This document shows positions 41,613-54,240 of a stretch of DNA of 64,000 bases, one piece after another; position 1 is the stretch's first letter, and each line of letters starts with the position of its first letter. Origin of the DNA: Camelus dromedarius. Lineage: Eukaryota. The translations under genes and the position numbers were made by a program. The stretch covers positions 91,204,001-91,268,000 of the forward strand of contig NC_087436.1 of assembly GCF_036321535.1 (NCBI RefSeq). Reading direction: 5' to 3'. The notes under the pieces were generated by a model, which saw only the letters and a list, made by a program, of their open reading frames with translations, did no database searches and had not been told where the DNA came from.

Positions 41613-42089
41613 ACCTCTCTGGCACTGTGGTTTATGAAGTATCAGTTATCTATTTTGGTCCTTAAGGAGTTTATCTATCTAATGCCTATTTAGGAATAAG
41701 ACTTAGGAAAAAAAGAAAAAATAAGAGAGAGAAAGAATTTTAAAAGAAAGGAGAAAGAAGGTTTGAAAACAGTGTATAATGAATAATAGAAGAGTGAGCT
41801 GAAGCAGAATATCAATTGGGTTGAGATGTCCTTTTAAAACCTTTTAAAAAGGGGAAAAAGATGAAAAGATGTATTTGAAACATGTGTCTAATCAATAACA
41901 GGACATCAAAACCCAAGAGAAATAGAAATGAATTAAGTAAAAATTTAGAGGGTAATAGAAAATAGAGCAGGTAAAAACAGATTTTAAAAAAAAAGGGGGG
42001 TGGTGTCGATGTTCTCCTGGAGTCTGTGTGCTTTTAATGTGAAGTCTTTCTGTCTTCGTCCTGTTTTGGAAGCTCAGCTTGGTGTTTTC

Positions 42090-43274
42090 AGAGGCCCTCC
42101 GTTGGCGCCCTCTTCTGTGCTGCTCCCAGCACCTGTGGGCAAGCAGATGGCGCCTCCTCCTAACACTGGGTCAGGTGCAGCTCTCCTCTGCTGTGGGCGG
42201 GCGGGTCGCTGCCCCTCCCGATGCCGCAGTCAGATGTCGCAGACTAGCCATGTAGGAGGGCGGGTCGCGCCCCCTCCCAGCACCTCGGTCAGGGGCTGTG
42301 TTCCTGCCCGAAAGGCGGGGGGCTGCTCTCCCTCTACCTGCGCCGCCGGTAGTTCCGCTCTCTGTGCGGCTGCGCGCTCCGCCCTGGTCGGCGCTCCGCG
42401 GGTGGGCTCGGGGAAGACCGAGGGACAGCCCTGTCCCTGCTCCGAGCCAAAACCCAGCTCCTTGTTTGTCTTTGTGGAGCAAGTTCTCTGAGAGACCAGG
42501 ATGGAAGGATCCTATCTGCCTTGGGCTGTAGGCAAGTCTCAGTCTGGCCTGTGAGGCTGCTAAGCCCTTCAGTGCGGATGCAGGTTTCGCCCCCGCCCCC
42601 GCCTGGGTGCTAAACTCCGGAGGATATGGCGGCTGTGCCTGAGCCCCGCCTCTCTTCCCCCGAAAACTTTCCGCGGGTTTTCAGAGATGGGGGTGTGCAC
42701 CCTTCCCCCGAGAGCACATCAACCTTGCTGTTTTATGGAGGGCCCAGGTTGTTCTGCCCTGTGCACCCACAGCCACGGCGCACAGCCCCTTGCGTTCCCC
42801 CGGGGCTGCCTCCGTGCAGCCACTTCCGTCCTCCGCCCGGCTTGTGCAGCCTGGCCCTGCCCGCCGCTGCCGGCCCGCGTCTCAGGCTGGGTGTTGGGGG
42901 GACCGTCTGTGCCCGTTTAACTTAGTTCTGTCAGTCAAGGGCTGCTCTGTACAGATCCGAGCCTCGGAGGCTCCCCCTCCGTCCAGCTGGCCTCTCAGTT
43001 GGAGAGGGGAGACCCAGCGAGCGAGCGCCAGTCCTCCTTTGCCGCTCCCTCCCCGCGGGACCCGTCCCGCGCTGCTTTGCCTTTTGTTCTTTCTTTTTTC
43101 CTTTTCTCCTACCAGATTTTTGGCGTCTTTATCTTTTGAAGAGGGCGATGTTCTGTTGGAGTTCAGCAGATGCTCTGGTTGGCTGAGTGGGTCTGTAGAT
43201 GTGGGTCTTGGTGTATTTGTGGGAGAGGGTGACCTGCGAGCGTCCTTCTACTCCGCCATCTTCTCTCTTCCAGC
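42090..43274 (-). promoter_or_regulatory. L1 5' UTR internal promoter / CpG island with YY1 site
   Basis: Only CpG-dense stretch in the window; minus-strand AAGATGGCGG at 43253-43262, close to the element 5' end. Confidence 0.85.
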
Positions 43275-44479
43275 TGAATAATCATTTTTGATATATCCAT
43301 ACGTTTAAAACAGATCTGAGAAGAAAAAAGAACGAAATTGCTTTCTATCTTAAAAAAAAAAAAGAGAGAGAATTTATCCTTAAAACTATTGAAACCCATT
43401 AACTCTACAAGACTGAGGTAATATTTATTTCTCTGATAAGATGTCCCAGTAGGAACACTCTGTTTCTTATTGGTACCTACCCATGATCCAAAATTTAGCA
43501 AGATCTTAAGAGAAGTGTTTTAGTGTCAATATGTAGGTAGAAAAACAAAAGCCCCAGGATCATGAGTGACTTGCACAGTATATCAGCTAAGTTGCTCTAG
43601 AGTGGGGACCAGAACCCAGTTCTCTTTTTCTCTGCACTGTTCTGCTTAGCTGCCAAGGAGTGATAGACAAACTCAGTTTCTACTGACCATCAATAATGAA
43701 GTAAATCTCAGAGCTCTCTAAAGATTAATGGATTTTCCAAAGTAACTTGTGGGTAGTTCAGGTTCGACTCAATAAAAGCTGGAACCGTTCCTCTTAGCTG
43801 TGTTCAGCCACATCTATTATTTGCTGAAGCTTAAAAGCAGTTCTCTGGATGGCACTGATTATTTAGCAGCTTGATTCTCATTGTCTTTGCTAGCACAGAG
43901 TGGTTAGCAGTCTTGTGTCCCTAATGAAAAGTTATCTAACATTATTTTTATCGAGTACTTACTATGCTCGACAATATCTGTATATTTCATGGATACCCTC
44001 CACGTAGAGTGAAAATTGCCATAAACTAAGAGAAGATATATGCAATAGGCCACATCGTTGGGTTTGTCAAAGAATGTATCTTAACAAAGTAGTCATGCAG
44101 TTCAGTTGTACAAAGGCCTCTTTCTAATTCAAGTATATTTGCTAGAGGAACATAACATTTAGTAGGGGTTATGAAAGATCCTTTAAAAATAAGTCAATTA
44201 TATCACTGTCGCCCTTGTCATCAACAAATTTAGCAACTATGCGGTTTATTTTTATGTTGAGTCTTTGTGCAGTGTGCCTTCTACAAACAATACATCTGAC
44301 TATCATGTCTTTGTATTTCAGAATGAACACAATACATAGGACAGCTTAGTATTAGGAGAAATATTAAATTAGTTCTTGATATGAGATAATGACATTACTT
44401 TATTTTCTTATAAAAAAAGTATCCCTGAAGGAGTGTATAAATTCCCAATGTGCTTTCTAAAGTAGTATTTTAGAACTTC

Positions 44480-44770
44480 TTCAAGTTACCAGCTTTGGGG
44501 ATTATAAATTGCTTAAAATAGTGTCTGATGTGAAGTAAGTGCTCAGGAAGTGACAACTTTTTGTGATGATTCATTAAGTCTTCACGACATCTGTATGAGT
44601 TAGGACCTGCTTTACTCATCCCCTCTTCCCAGCCTTGGTTCCGGGCAACAGGTGAGGCTGTTGAGGCATAGATGTGTTGAGTAACTTGCCCAAGACCACA
44701 CAGCTGAACAGCGAGGTTTTGGTGAACTTAGTATGTGAGTATAAGAAACTTCATCTTCAGAGACTGCATT
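44480..44770. mobile_element. MIR fragments
   Basis: gtaagtgctcaggaa; gagtaacttgcccaagaccacacagct core. Confidence 0.6.
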
Positions 44771-46629
44771 GTCTTAATTCCTACCTTCTGTAAGCAGTTA
44801 AATAAAATAACAGTAAGTATAATATTAATGATAATTATAAGTAGCTTTATCTTAGACTCTTGTGTTCTTTCCGACCCTTGATTATTTCACTGTATCCCGA
44901 GGGTTTGCGCTCAGCTCCAATATTTACAAAATCTCTTGCAACTGTGGAGGACATTGTGCAAACGTTCTTTATTCCTTCGTGTGTTAATTGAGAAATATAT
45001 TATTTGTCAGAAAAAGTAAAACAGAGACCTATAATTATAAGAAAATAGAGACAGTAAGACTGAAGTCAATGTGCTTAATACTTACTTGGGAAAAAAATTG
45101 GATTCTAAAACTACTATCTATGAAAAACTGACATCAAAGCCAGACTAAATTTTAAGTTGTCTTCTGATGAATTGCCCAAACTGTTAGAGGTAAATCACAG
45201 CAAAAATTGTGCTTGTGATTTCACTTCATATGGAGTTTGAACTTCCTTGCTATAAAAAAATAAGAAAGTCTTTTGACCCCTGACTTTTTATGCTTCGCTT
45301 CTTTGAACTGCATTTTTACTTTCTCACAAATTAAAAACCATATCTTTTGGCTGAGAGCCCATTAAAGGAACAAATCTTCCTTGAAAATGTTCTGAAACAG
45401 GCTTCATTTTCATCCTTGTGTAATTTTATTTCCAAACTGAGAGCCAACTGGAGCATGTCAGAAACAGCTGATGAGCAGATGAAGTAATGACTTCTTACAT
45501 AACAAGATTAGTTTTCTCATTTGCAGGAATAAAGGGATGAGGAATATGAGGTGGTTAATTTTGCTGTCAGAATACCTGTTCCTCATGCTTGGGAATCTTT
45601 CTGGAAAACAGCTTGCTTTCATTTGTGCAGATATTAGAAAGACAGGACCCTCAGCTGTGGCCTTGCCTAGTAAATAACAAGTAGGGAGAGAGCTAACTAG
45701 ACAAACAGCTAGGGCGTAACGCCGAGGAAGAAACAACCTGTTTATACAGAAACAAACAAACAAAACAAATGAACTGAAATGTGAAAAATAAAGTAGTGCT
45801 TAAGTTTTAAATTGCTTAGACAAATGCAACGAAGAGTGGAGGGAATTATCTTGGTAATTCAGGTCCCAAACCCTGTAAGTCAAATCTATGGAAACAGACC
45901 TGAGGTTTTTATACACAGAGGGTTTTGAGTAACCACTTTCACTAAATCACACTGCTTTAATCCTAATTCTAAACCCAGAGAATTTAAAGGCATATGGCAC
46001 AAAATAGAATCCCCTTTTTTTAGGAAAAAAAAAACTAATCCAGGTGGTGTAGACAGCTACCAACCCCTCCCTTCCCCAACAGAATCATGTTTAACCATAG
46101 TGTAATTGGTGCCATGCTGTTGTTCCTGAAGGTAAAAAATGACCCAAAATATGAAGCGTTGAATGTTAAAAATGTACAAAAGGCTCACCACCCATAGAAG
46201 ATGCTCAATTTACTGAATGCATGAAACAAACAAACAAAACCCCCAAACAGTACAAAGTTGTGAACATAGAAGAAACAATGGCATACAAGGGATATGCATT
46301 CCAAACTGAATGTGTTAGAGCGCATCTCAGATCTGGCCATTTGCACAATGGCTGCCTTGTTCACCTTTGTTTTTCCTTTATACTCAGAGATACTACTTTG
46401 AGAAGTTATGCATTGAATCTAGAATTTTTCCCACCTCACCACCCTTTGAAGCAGATGAATGTGTACCTTGTATCTGCACAAGTTTCTTCCTTCCCTGTTT
46501 TGGATGTCTTGTGCCTTGTAACACTAGGCACAAGATTATATACCCCATGAATTAAGGAGATGAGGATACACCTCCTTCTGTAGGGCTATAGATAAATATT
46601 TCCTAACTATGGGAAGAGATTAAGACTTA

Positions 46630-46995
46630 AGCCAGCTGCTAACATTTGCAGATCTGGGGCAAGGATATGCACTATATGTATGAATGCTAAAAGTTGTCTA
46701 GCAAATTAGTAAATAAAACAGGTTTTATCTCCATAACTTGACTACCTTATTTTCCTATAAAGCTAGAAAGCCAGGTGAAAATTTAGAATTATAAGAAGCT
46801 TCAGAGTCTGTTCTGGAACATGGCTGTGCCAGGAGAGCTTGTCATTTCAGCCAGTCCCCCACTTGGAGTTTTATACCGTTCTCTTCACCTTGGCTTCCTC
46901 CTGTCTTTCCAGGGGCCCTACATACACACCTCTGCGGTATCTCAGCTTACACATCCAAACTCCCTGTGACCCTCCAAGGAAGCAGTTTTGGCCAG
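46630..46995 (+). mobile_element. FordPrefect-like (hAT-Tip100) DNA transposon fragment
   Basis: acatttgca...ggggcaag, taaataaaacaggttttatctcc, gaaagccaggtgaaaatttagaatt, ggagagc, aggggcc match the remembered consensus order. Confidence 0.55.
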
Positions 46996-47059
46996 ATATC
47001 TGCATTAGATATATTCAAACAGGCAACTGTATTTTAAGTTCTTTTTCCAGAATTATAGA

Positions 47060-47290
47060 AATTTAGAGTTAAGCAACATTTAGAAATCCTAGCTTTAACC
47101 AAGATGATTCCTTCTCATCCTATGTAATCTGATTTTTAAAATAATTGTGTATGATAGGCTTGGCCAAAATATCATTGGATGGCGAAAATGAAGTTGCAGG
47201 GATGTCAAGTGAGTTGCCTAAAATCACAGTTAGTAATGTCAAGCCAGCCTCAGATTGGACCATTGAGATTCCAAATCCTTGCACTGAAAA
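47060..47290 (-). mobile_element. MIR3/MIRc fragment
   Basis: aagtgagttgcctaaaatcacagttagtaa core. Confidence 0.55.
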
Positions 47291-48294
47291 AGAGAATAAA
47301 TTGATAATGTATTGGTGAATGCTAAGCAACCAAACATTCAGAAATGTTAACAATTCTTAGGTTAAGAAAATAATACATTCACAAAAAGTCTCCAGGGGGA
47401 AGCCAATATCAATATTGGGCATTAGCAGAAGAATCTTTATTCCTAAAATACTACTGGGGACAATTATCCAACCTAAGGGACAACTGAAGGAAAAATTAAT
47501 TAAATAAACTGAAAGATATTTTATGGTGAATGTGTATTAGTCAGTTTTAAGACTGCACACTAAGTATTGTCATTACATATGTGCTTGTAAGTATTTTATG
47601 ACTATGCTGAAGTGTCCAGGAGCACTTGGAAAAAAATGGAGAAAAATTGTTTTCTGAGGGTTAAATTGTGAAGTCAACACATAATAGATATATCAGAGAT
47701 ATGCTGAGTTGCCTTAAAAAGATATACTAGCTTCTTGAGCTATAAAACTAAATTTAATCTAATTTAATATAGCACAATGTCAAAAGAAAGACTATGCCCT
47801 TAAGAAAGGATTTAGTCCGAAAATGAAGTATAGACAAGAGCGGATCCCAGAATTAAGAGTTGTCTGTCAATCCAAATATGGTCTGGAGAAGAAGATGTCT
47901 TTTTCAGCAAAGCTTGAATATTCCTATCTTAGTGGACAAGCCATCCCTAAAGTGAATACGTATGCATCGGTCTGTCTTATCCTGCCAATACATGTTTATT
48001 TCATTTATCTGTCTCTCTTCATTTTAACTCAGTGCTCTCTAGACCTTCTCTGATGAAGATTGTGTATCCTGTGTAGAACATTCTCCATGTCTGATTATGC
48101 CTGCTGGGGTGATGTAGATCATGTGATCATGATTTTGAGTGCCGTCATTTATCAATAAAGAGGCCCTTCTACTGTGTATATGGGACTATTAATTCTCAGC
48201 CCGGACTTCTTTCTTATTAACAGAACATTGATTTATTTTATAATATTTCCAACAAACAAACAAAAAACCCTCACATTTTCCAATCTCTTTTGCA

Positions 48295-48490
48295 GGATGC
48301 TAAGGCTGGGAAAACAGAGAAGTCTAAGGATTTTAGGGCAATGGTAATGTGGAGTTGTCACACCTTACCTGAACTACTGCTTACCTCTGAGCACTTTGTC
48401 ATGTGAAAAAACAAAGCAAAACAACTCTGTCCTTCGGATAAGCCACTGTAGAGTCTCTGTTGATTGCACTCAAACACAATCTTGAGTGAC
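48295..48490 (+). mobile_element. MLT1 LTR 3' fragment
   Basis: cttacctctgagcactttgtcatgtgaaaaaa, taagccactgt, ctctgtt. Confidence 0.55.
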
Positions 48491-49897
48491 AGTCTTAACA
48501 CTGTTGTCAGAAAGATGAGGATGGCAGGTTAAGGAAATCAGCAAAGGATAGTCAAGTGGGTGCTGTGTATGAGGTTCATGGCGACAACTGTACATAAACT
48601 CGCATGGGTCCTGATCTGACTGCTCATACACTAAACATGCGGGTGAAAGAGAGGACAGAGAAAGTGAGAATAAAAAGTACAAGTAAAGCAGGTATGATGA
48701 TAAATTTGAAGGAAAGGTACAGAGTAGAGTGATAGGCAAAACAGGGCAAGAAGCATTTACCTAGGGTGGTTGATGAAAGCTGCTGTGAGCAAATGACACT
48801 TTTGGAAGAAAAACCGCTGAACAAATGGAGCATGCGCATTGCAAGGAACGGGTTCTAGGAACGTAGAGAGCAGCACATGCAGATCCGCATGGGAAGGCCA
48901 TTTGGGGAGGCTCCTGGCTCCACCATCAAGCTTCTCCCGCCGCTCTAATCTTGTCCTTTTGCTTTGCCTTCTTAAAATGTCTCCAACAAAGAAAGTACAT
49001 TAGCAAAGAGGCTTTTCTTAGAACTGGGAATAAACCATGGGTTTTGCTTCATTTCACTCTCTTCCATCTTTCCAGTCACCATTGCAGAGGGATTTATTAC
49101 AGATTCAAAACATTGTCTCCATTTTCTCACACACAACTGCTGCTTGACTGTTGTGCATCCCATTTTCCAAACCTTTCCCGGAAATGAATTCTAGCAGAGT
49201 CATCTAAGGCAGTAATTATGCTTCCAAAATAAAAATGCTTTATTAGGCAAGGTCTATTTTTCAGTGATTCTCTTTACACTACCAAAACGTATGAAAGCTT
49301 ATTTCATAATATTTGCAGGGGAAAAATACTGGTGACTAGATACAGCTGTATATCTGAATCATAACATGTATTCTTATAATTTAAGGCAATGCCAAAATCT
49401 AAAGTGAGATTTCTATTGAAGAAAATTCTGAAATATCCTTTTCTAAATGACTTTTTAAAAACCTAGTTGCAAATAAAAAGTTCCCTCCAGATCTGGCATG
49501 CCCAATTTTTTCTTTATGTGAAATTGTGTATGAAAGGTGGATAGGAAATACAGGAGTGGTCAAGAGTAACTTGCTCCAGGAGTTGATGGTCCATGGGAAC
49601 AGGGCATAGAACTCATTCTCTCCTGGTCCCCTTCTCATTGGAAGTATCACTGAGATACAGGGAAAGCATGACGAATATAGGATTGACTTTACAAACATCT
49701 ATACTTTTCACATTTCAGATCCATCACTTTTTGGCATTGTGTAACTCTGCAAGTTACTGTTCTCAGACTTGATTTTCTCACCTTTAAGAGAAATTAATGA
49801 ATAATTCTTTAATTTGAAGTGAGAATTTAATTAGAAATTTATTTCCATAACTGCAAGAGGAATGGACCATGGCATAGGATTCCTTTATCTCTATTAC

Positions 49898-50033
49898 TTT
49901 ATTTTATTTTATTTTGGGGGGAGTTGTAGGTAATTAGGTTTGCTTATTTATTTTTAGAGGAGGTACTGGGGATTGAACCCAGGACCTTGTGTATGCTAAG
50001 CATGTGCTCTACCACTTGAGCTATACCCTCCCC
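49898..50033 (-). mobile_element. Camelid vic-1-like SINE
   Basis: ggaggtactggggattgaacccaggacc...gcatgtgctctaccacttgagctataccctcccc; A and B boxes intact on the minus strand. Confidence 0.9.
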
Positions 50034-50569
50034 TCTACTGTTTTAAATTTAAAGATTCACTCTCTTGCCATAACATTTTACTTGCAAGTTTCTCACTCCA
50101 TGTTTTTATACTATCTTGCATTTTTAACCACAATAGTACACAGTCCCTATATCCTTTATATTTTCTTTCAGTCACCTCCTGTTTTTGCTTCCTTCCTAGT
50201 CATCTTAAATGTCATGGTCAAATTTCAATTAATCTTTTGCTAATTTCCCAATTCCTTACTGGATAAAACCGTAACTTGAGATAAACCTAGCTGTGGGCTT
50301 CTTCTGCACCCTTATTGAGATTGTGGGAAGCTGTTATAGAAAATTACAAACTGAAGCTAGTGTCACTACAAAAGAATGGTGCCCCTCCTCAATTGGATCC
50401 TTAATACTTGCTCAGTACTCCAGTGTTATCCAACTCTTTCTCTTCCATTATGAATGGCAGCTCTTCCAACCTTTTCTGAATTTCCTAGGCTAGCTGACAC
50501 ATGAAGTATGAAAATAAAAGCGATAAGGATGAAAACCTTTGCAACTTACTGCTATTCATTTCTAGACTG

Positions 50570-51150
50570 TATCCCCACCTGTCCCTCCCTCCTCTCCTGT
50601 CTGCCATCTTATCTAAAGTGAATTCTTCCATCTGTACCTGGGATTCTATCCTTTTCTGACTCTTCAAGGACACATTTCATAAATTATACCATCTCCTTCC
50701 CTCTTTCTTCAAATAAAATGTCGTTTTGTCTCAAAACGACAAAATTTTAAGTTTGATATATTCACTCCACCAAATTTTAAGTTTGATATATTCACTTCTA
50801 TCTTATAAAGGAATATCAACAACAATAAACTCCCAAATTCCACAATTTAATCACATATTTCTAGCCACATACTGACCTATATCTCTCTTCTCCTTCACAA
50901 TCAAACACCAGAAAGTTGTATATGTGCACTGTAGCTGTTTCTTCAAATCACAATCATTCCCCAAACTTTTGCTCTCTGCCCTCTTCCCTCACTATCCCAC
51001 TTAACCTGCAGTCTCCAAGGTAACCAATGACATCCTTGTTTCTATATCTAGAGCCACTTTTACACCCACATCTCACTTGAATTCTCAGCAGTATTTAATA
51101 ATATTGATTATTACTTTCTGTAAAACTTTCTTCTTGTGGAGTTTCATGTG
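50570..51150 (+). mobile_element. L2 RT-region remnant
   Basis: Pyrimidine-rich; aaggtaaccaatgacatcc...cttgaattctcagcagtattt corresponds to degenerate KVTND...LDLSAAFD. Confidence 0.65.
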
Positions 51151-51670
51151 CCAGATGACAGGTTGAGCACAAGAATCCAGCTCACCTATTTCAGAAGTTT
51201 TCTTAGACCAATCGGAAATTTCATGGAAACAGAAAGATAGGGTACAATTACAATGATAATAAATAAGAAATAATTTATGTCAACAATGAATCAGAAATTT
51301 CATAAAGTTGGGATATAGAAAGTAGACAGCATAAGAGTAATATAGAATATCCTACAGACATCCAGGATGAGCAGGGGCTTTGCAAGGAAGTCCAGAGATG
51401 CTCCAAGTTCCGAGTCAACAAAGTCGAAGGGCAGTAGGAACCAACCAGGTAATTAATTTAGTAAACACCTTTAGAATACCTGAGACAGATGCCTTTCTTC
51501 CCTCTTCCTATTCTAAACTAAGTAACTAACAATTGGAACTTTTGACATAAAGATAAATACTGAGAATTCTTTCCTAAACCCAGAACATAATCTACCTGAG
51601 CACAACTACTAGTGAGTTTTGAGGATGAGAAAGAAGTAGCACGGGGCTTGAAGATACTGATACCCTAGAT

Positions 51671-51852
51671 GAGGAGTTGCCAAACTTTCTCAACAAAGGA
51701 CTTTATAGTAACTATTTTAGGCTTTACAGACCTTATAACTTTCTGTTGCAACTACTCAATTCTGTCATAGCATAAAAGCGGCTATAGACAGAACATAAAC
51801 TGATGAGCACGGCTGTGTCCCATTGACATTGTGTTATATACGTCAACCCAAG
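51671..51852 (+). mobile_element. MER58A (hAT-Charlie), internally deleted
   Basis: aggagttgccaaacttt, tattttaggcttt, tgcaactactcaattctg, ggctgtgtccca; flanks ccctagat / ctctagac resemble an 8-bp TSD. Confidence 0.8.
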
Positions 51853-52149
51853 CTCTAGACCCACAGAAAACCAAGGAGAGAAATGAAAATACATGTAGTT
51901 TCATTCAGTAGTAAAAGGATTGTCTTCACTGTCAAATTACTTACTCCTCATACTGGCAGAGTAGATGTGTAGCTTCCCATTTCTTATCTGTGTAGCCTAT
52001 AGCAAGATTACCTGTTGACATGCCCGAATATTTATATTAAAAATTGCAGTTGATCTTCCATTAAAGAGAGATATTGCCTAGAAGAGACCTATATTACAGG
52101 GGAGAAAACAAATCTTAGCCACATATACTAGCTCACATAGTATTTCCTT

Positions 52150-54240
52150 TATATTTATTGTTGAACATATGACATCTGAAAAAAATCAACATTATGGAAG
52201 AGAAGAAAAGAACCAAGATAAACTAAAAGAAAAAACAGCCGTGTGGGATTAGAGATAATTCAGAGGACAAAAGAAAACTTAAAGATAAATGTAATTGTCC
52301 TTATAAAAGATTTAGGTGAAAATTAAACTATTAGAATGATTCATTATAAATTTTAAATATAAGTAAGTATGGAAATAAAAAAGACTAAGTCTGAATGGTA
52401 AAAAGTAATATAGTTAAAGTGTACTGGGGGGAGAAATTATCTTAAGAGCAAAAAATCATCTGGAAAAACATAAAGGAATCTGATAGAATTTAGACAAAAA
52501 AGAAACAGAGATCAAAAGTACGAGGAAAATTCAATTAAAGAAAATGGAATCAGAAAAGCTCAGTACATGTCCAAAAGGAGTTTTAGAGGGAGACTAGAGA
52601 GACACTGATTTGCCTTATCTGATGTTCTGAATACAGGAGTAAAAATAAATCAGGTATTTAATTGCTGTGCAAGAATGAAAAGAACCAAAACAGTAAAATT
52701 TTAGAATATTAAGGTTAAGGAGAAAATCCTAAAATCATCTGGAAAGAAATAAAATAAAACAATTATGTCAGATTTATGTTGATTTCAAAGAATCAGGACT
52801 CAGGAAGACATCAGACTTCTCATCCACAACACTGGACCCTCGAACAGTGGCTTCCTGAGTCTCAGGGAGAATGTTTTGAACCGAGGGTTATGTATCTGGG
52901 ACTATTATCAATCAAATGTGAAGTTAAAATACATGCTTTTTTTTTTTTTTTTACATTTTTTGTTGAGTTATAGTCATTTTACAAAGTTGTGTCAAATTCC
53001 AGTGTAGAGCACAATTTTTCAGTTATGCATGAACATACATATATTCATTGTCACCTTTTATTTTTGCTGTGAGCTACCACAAGATCTTGTATATATTTCC
53101 CTGTGCTATACAGTATAATTTTGTTTATCTCTTCTGTATATGCCTGTCAGTATCTACAAATTTTGAACTACCAGTCTGTCCCTTCCCATCTCCCTCCTCC
53201 TTGGCAACCACAGGTTTGTAGTCTATGTCTGTGAGTCTGTTTCTGTTTTGTATTTATTTTATTATTATTATTATTATTTTTTAGATTCACATATGAGCGA
53301 TCTCATGGTATTTTTCTTTCTCTTTCTGGCTTTTTTTTTTTTAAATACATGCTTTTTAATAAATAGAATGACTTAGAATTTTTACTATGCATATTTACTT
53401 TATGGAAAAAAAAAAAAAACACTTGAGAAAGTATTCCAGAAAATTAAAAGAACAACCTCCCCGCAAAAGGTGGGAAAAAGAGGCAATATGAAATACAAAA
53501 ATAGTCTTATGAGGAAGACAGCTAAGTAACAAGAATTTAAATGATACATTCTTATATCTCTATTTGTTCAATCCCACTTTTTGATTCTATGGTATTATAT
53601 AATGCTTATATAATCATGTAGTAAACTCTGTACAATGGTTAAATATTTTTTTAGTAATAAACTATAGAAATAAAGAAAATTACCTTTAGAATTTATATAT
53701 ATAGAAGTGAATGCAAAATTTATAGGCCTTAACAATAAAAAAGTAATAATTTATACCTAAAGGTTTTGGGAAGTGGAAGAAAAGATGGACAGACTCTAAG
53801 TAGCTAGTTTCCTCTTTTTTAACTCAGGGGAAGATAAATAATATTAAAAATGATAATTCTAGAAAAAAGAGATTATGATCTGTAACAAATAAAAATGCAA
53901 ACTCTAGAAGAAATTAAAATTATTAACTAACAAAGATGTGGATGTAGAGGGCAAGAGAAATGAGAGGTTGCATAAACTTCTTAAATTTTTCATCTTTTAT
54001 AGGTGAGAAGTAATAGAGATCTGAAGTTGGTGAATTCTATAATACAATTCTAAGTGTAATACTTGGCAACAACCTCCAGATATCCTAAAATGTTAAAAAA
54101 AAAAAAAAAAACTAAATGTGGTTGATTCTGGAGTAAAGAAGGAAAATTTTACGTCTTTAATTTTATTTTTATTACTTTTTTTCATAGTTCCCTTGAATTA
54201 TTTCTATAATAAGCATTTAAATATAAATTTTAAATGATTT
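52150..54240 (+). mobile_element. Ancient L1 ORF1-like / HAL1-like remnant
   Basis: ggagaaaatcctaaaa and atcagacttctcatccacaacactgga encode degenerate KEKILK and SDFSSTTL; A-rich; no ORF2 follows; right boundary uncertain. Confidence 0.55.
52942..53342 (-). mobile_element. Young 5'-truncated L1 3' UTR insertion
   Basis: Colinear with 36184-36554; TSD aaatacatgcttttt at 52927-52941 and 53343-53357. Confidence 0.92.

Larger units (their letters stand above)
36184..43274 (-). mobile_element. Full-length young LINE-1 (~7.1 kb)
   Basis: 5' UTR, ORF1, spacer, ORF2 and 3' UTR in order; perfect TSD tgaataatcattttt at 36169-36183 and 43275-43289; TTTTT/GA endonuclease-type site; AATAAA near the 3' end. 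Confidence 0.98.

Noticed and set aside
49960..50033. tRNA-like sequence with A and B boxes
   Set aside because: SINE head with a SINE tail and paralogues in the window, not a tRNA gene
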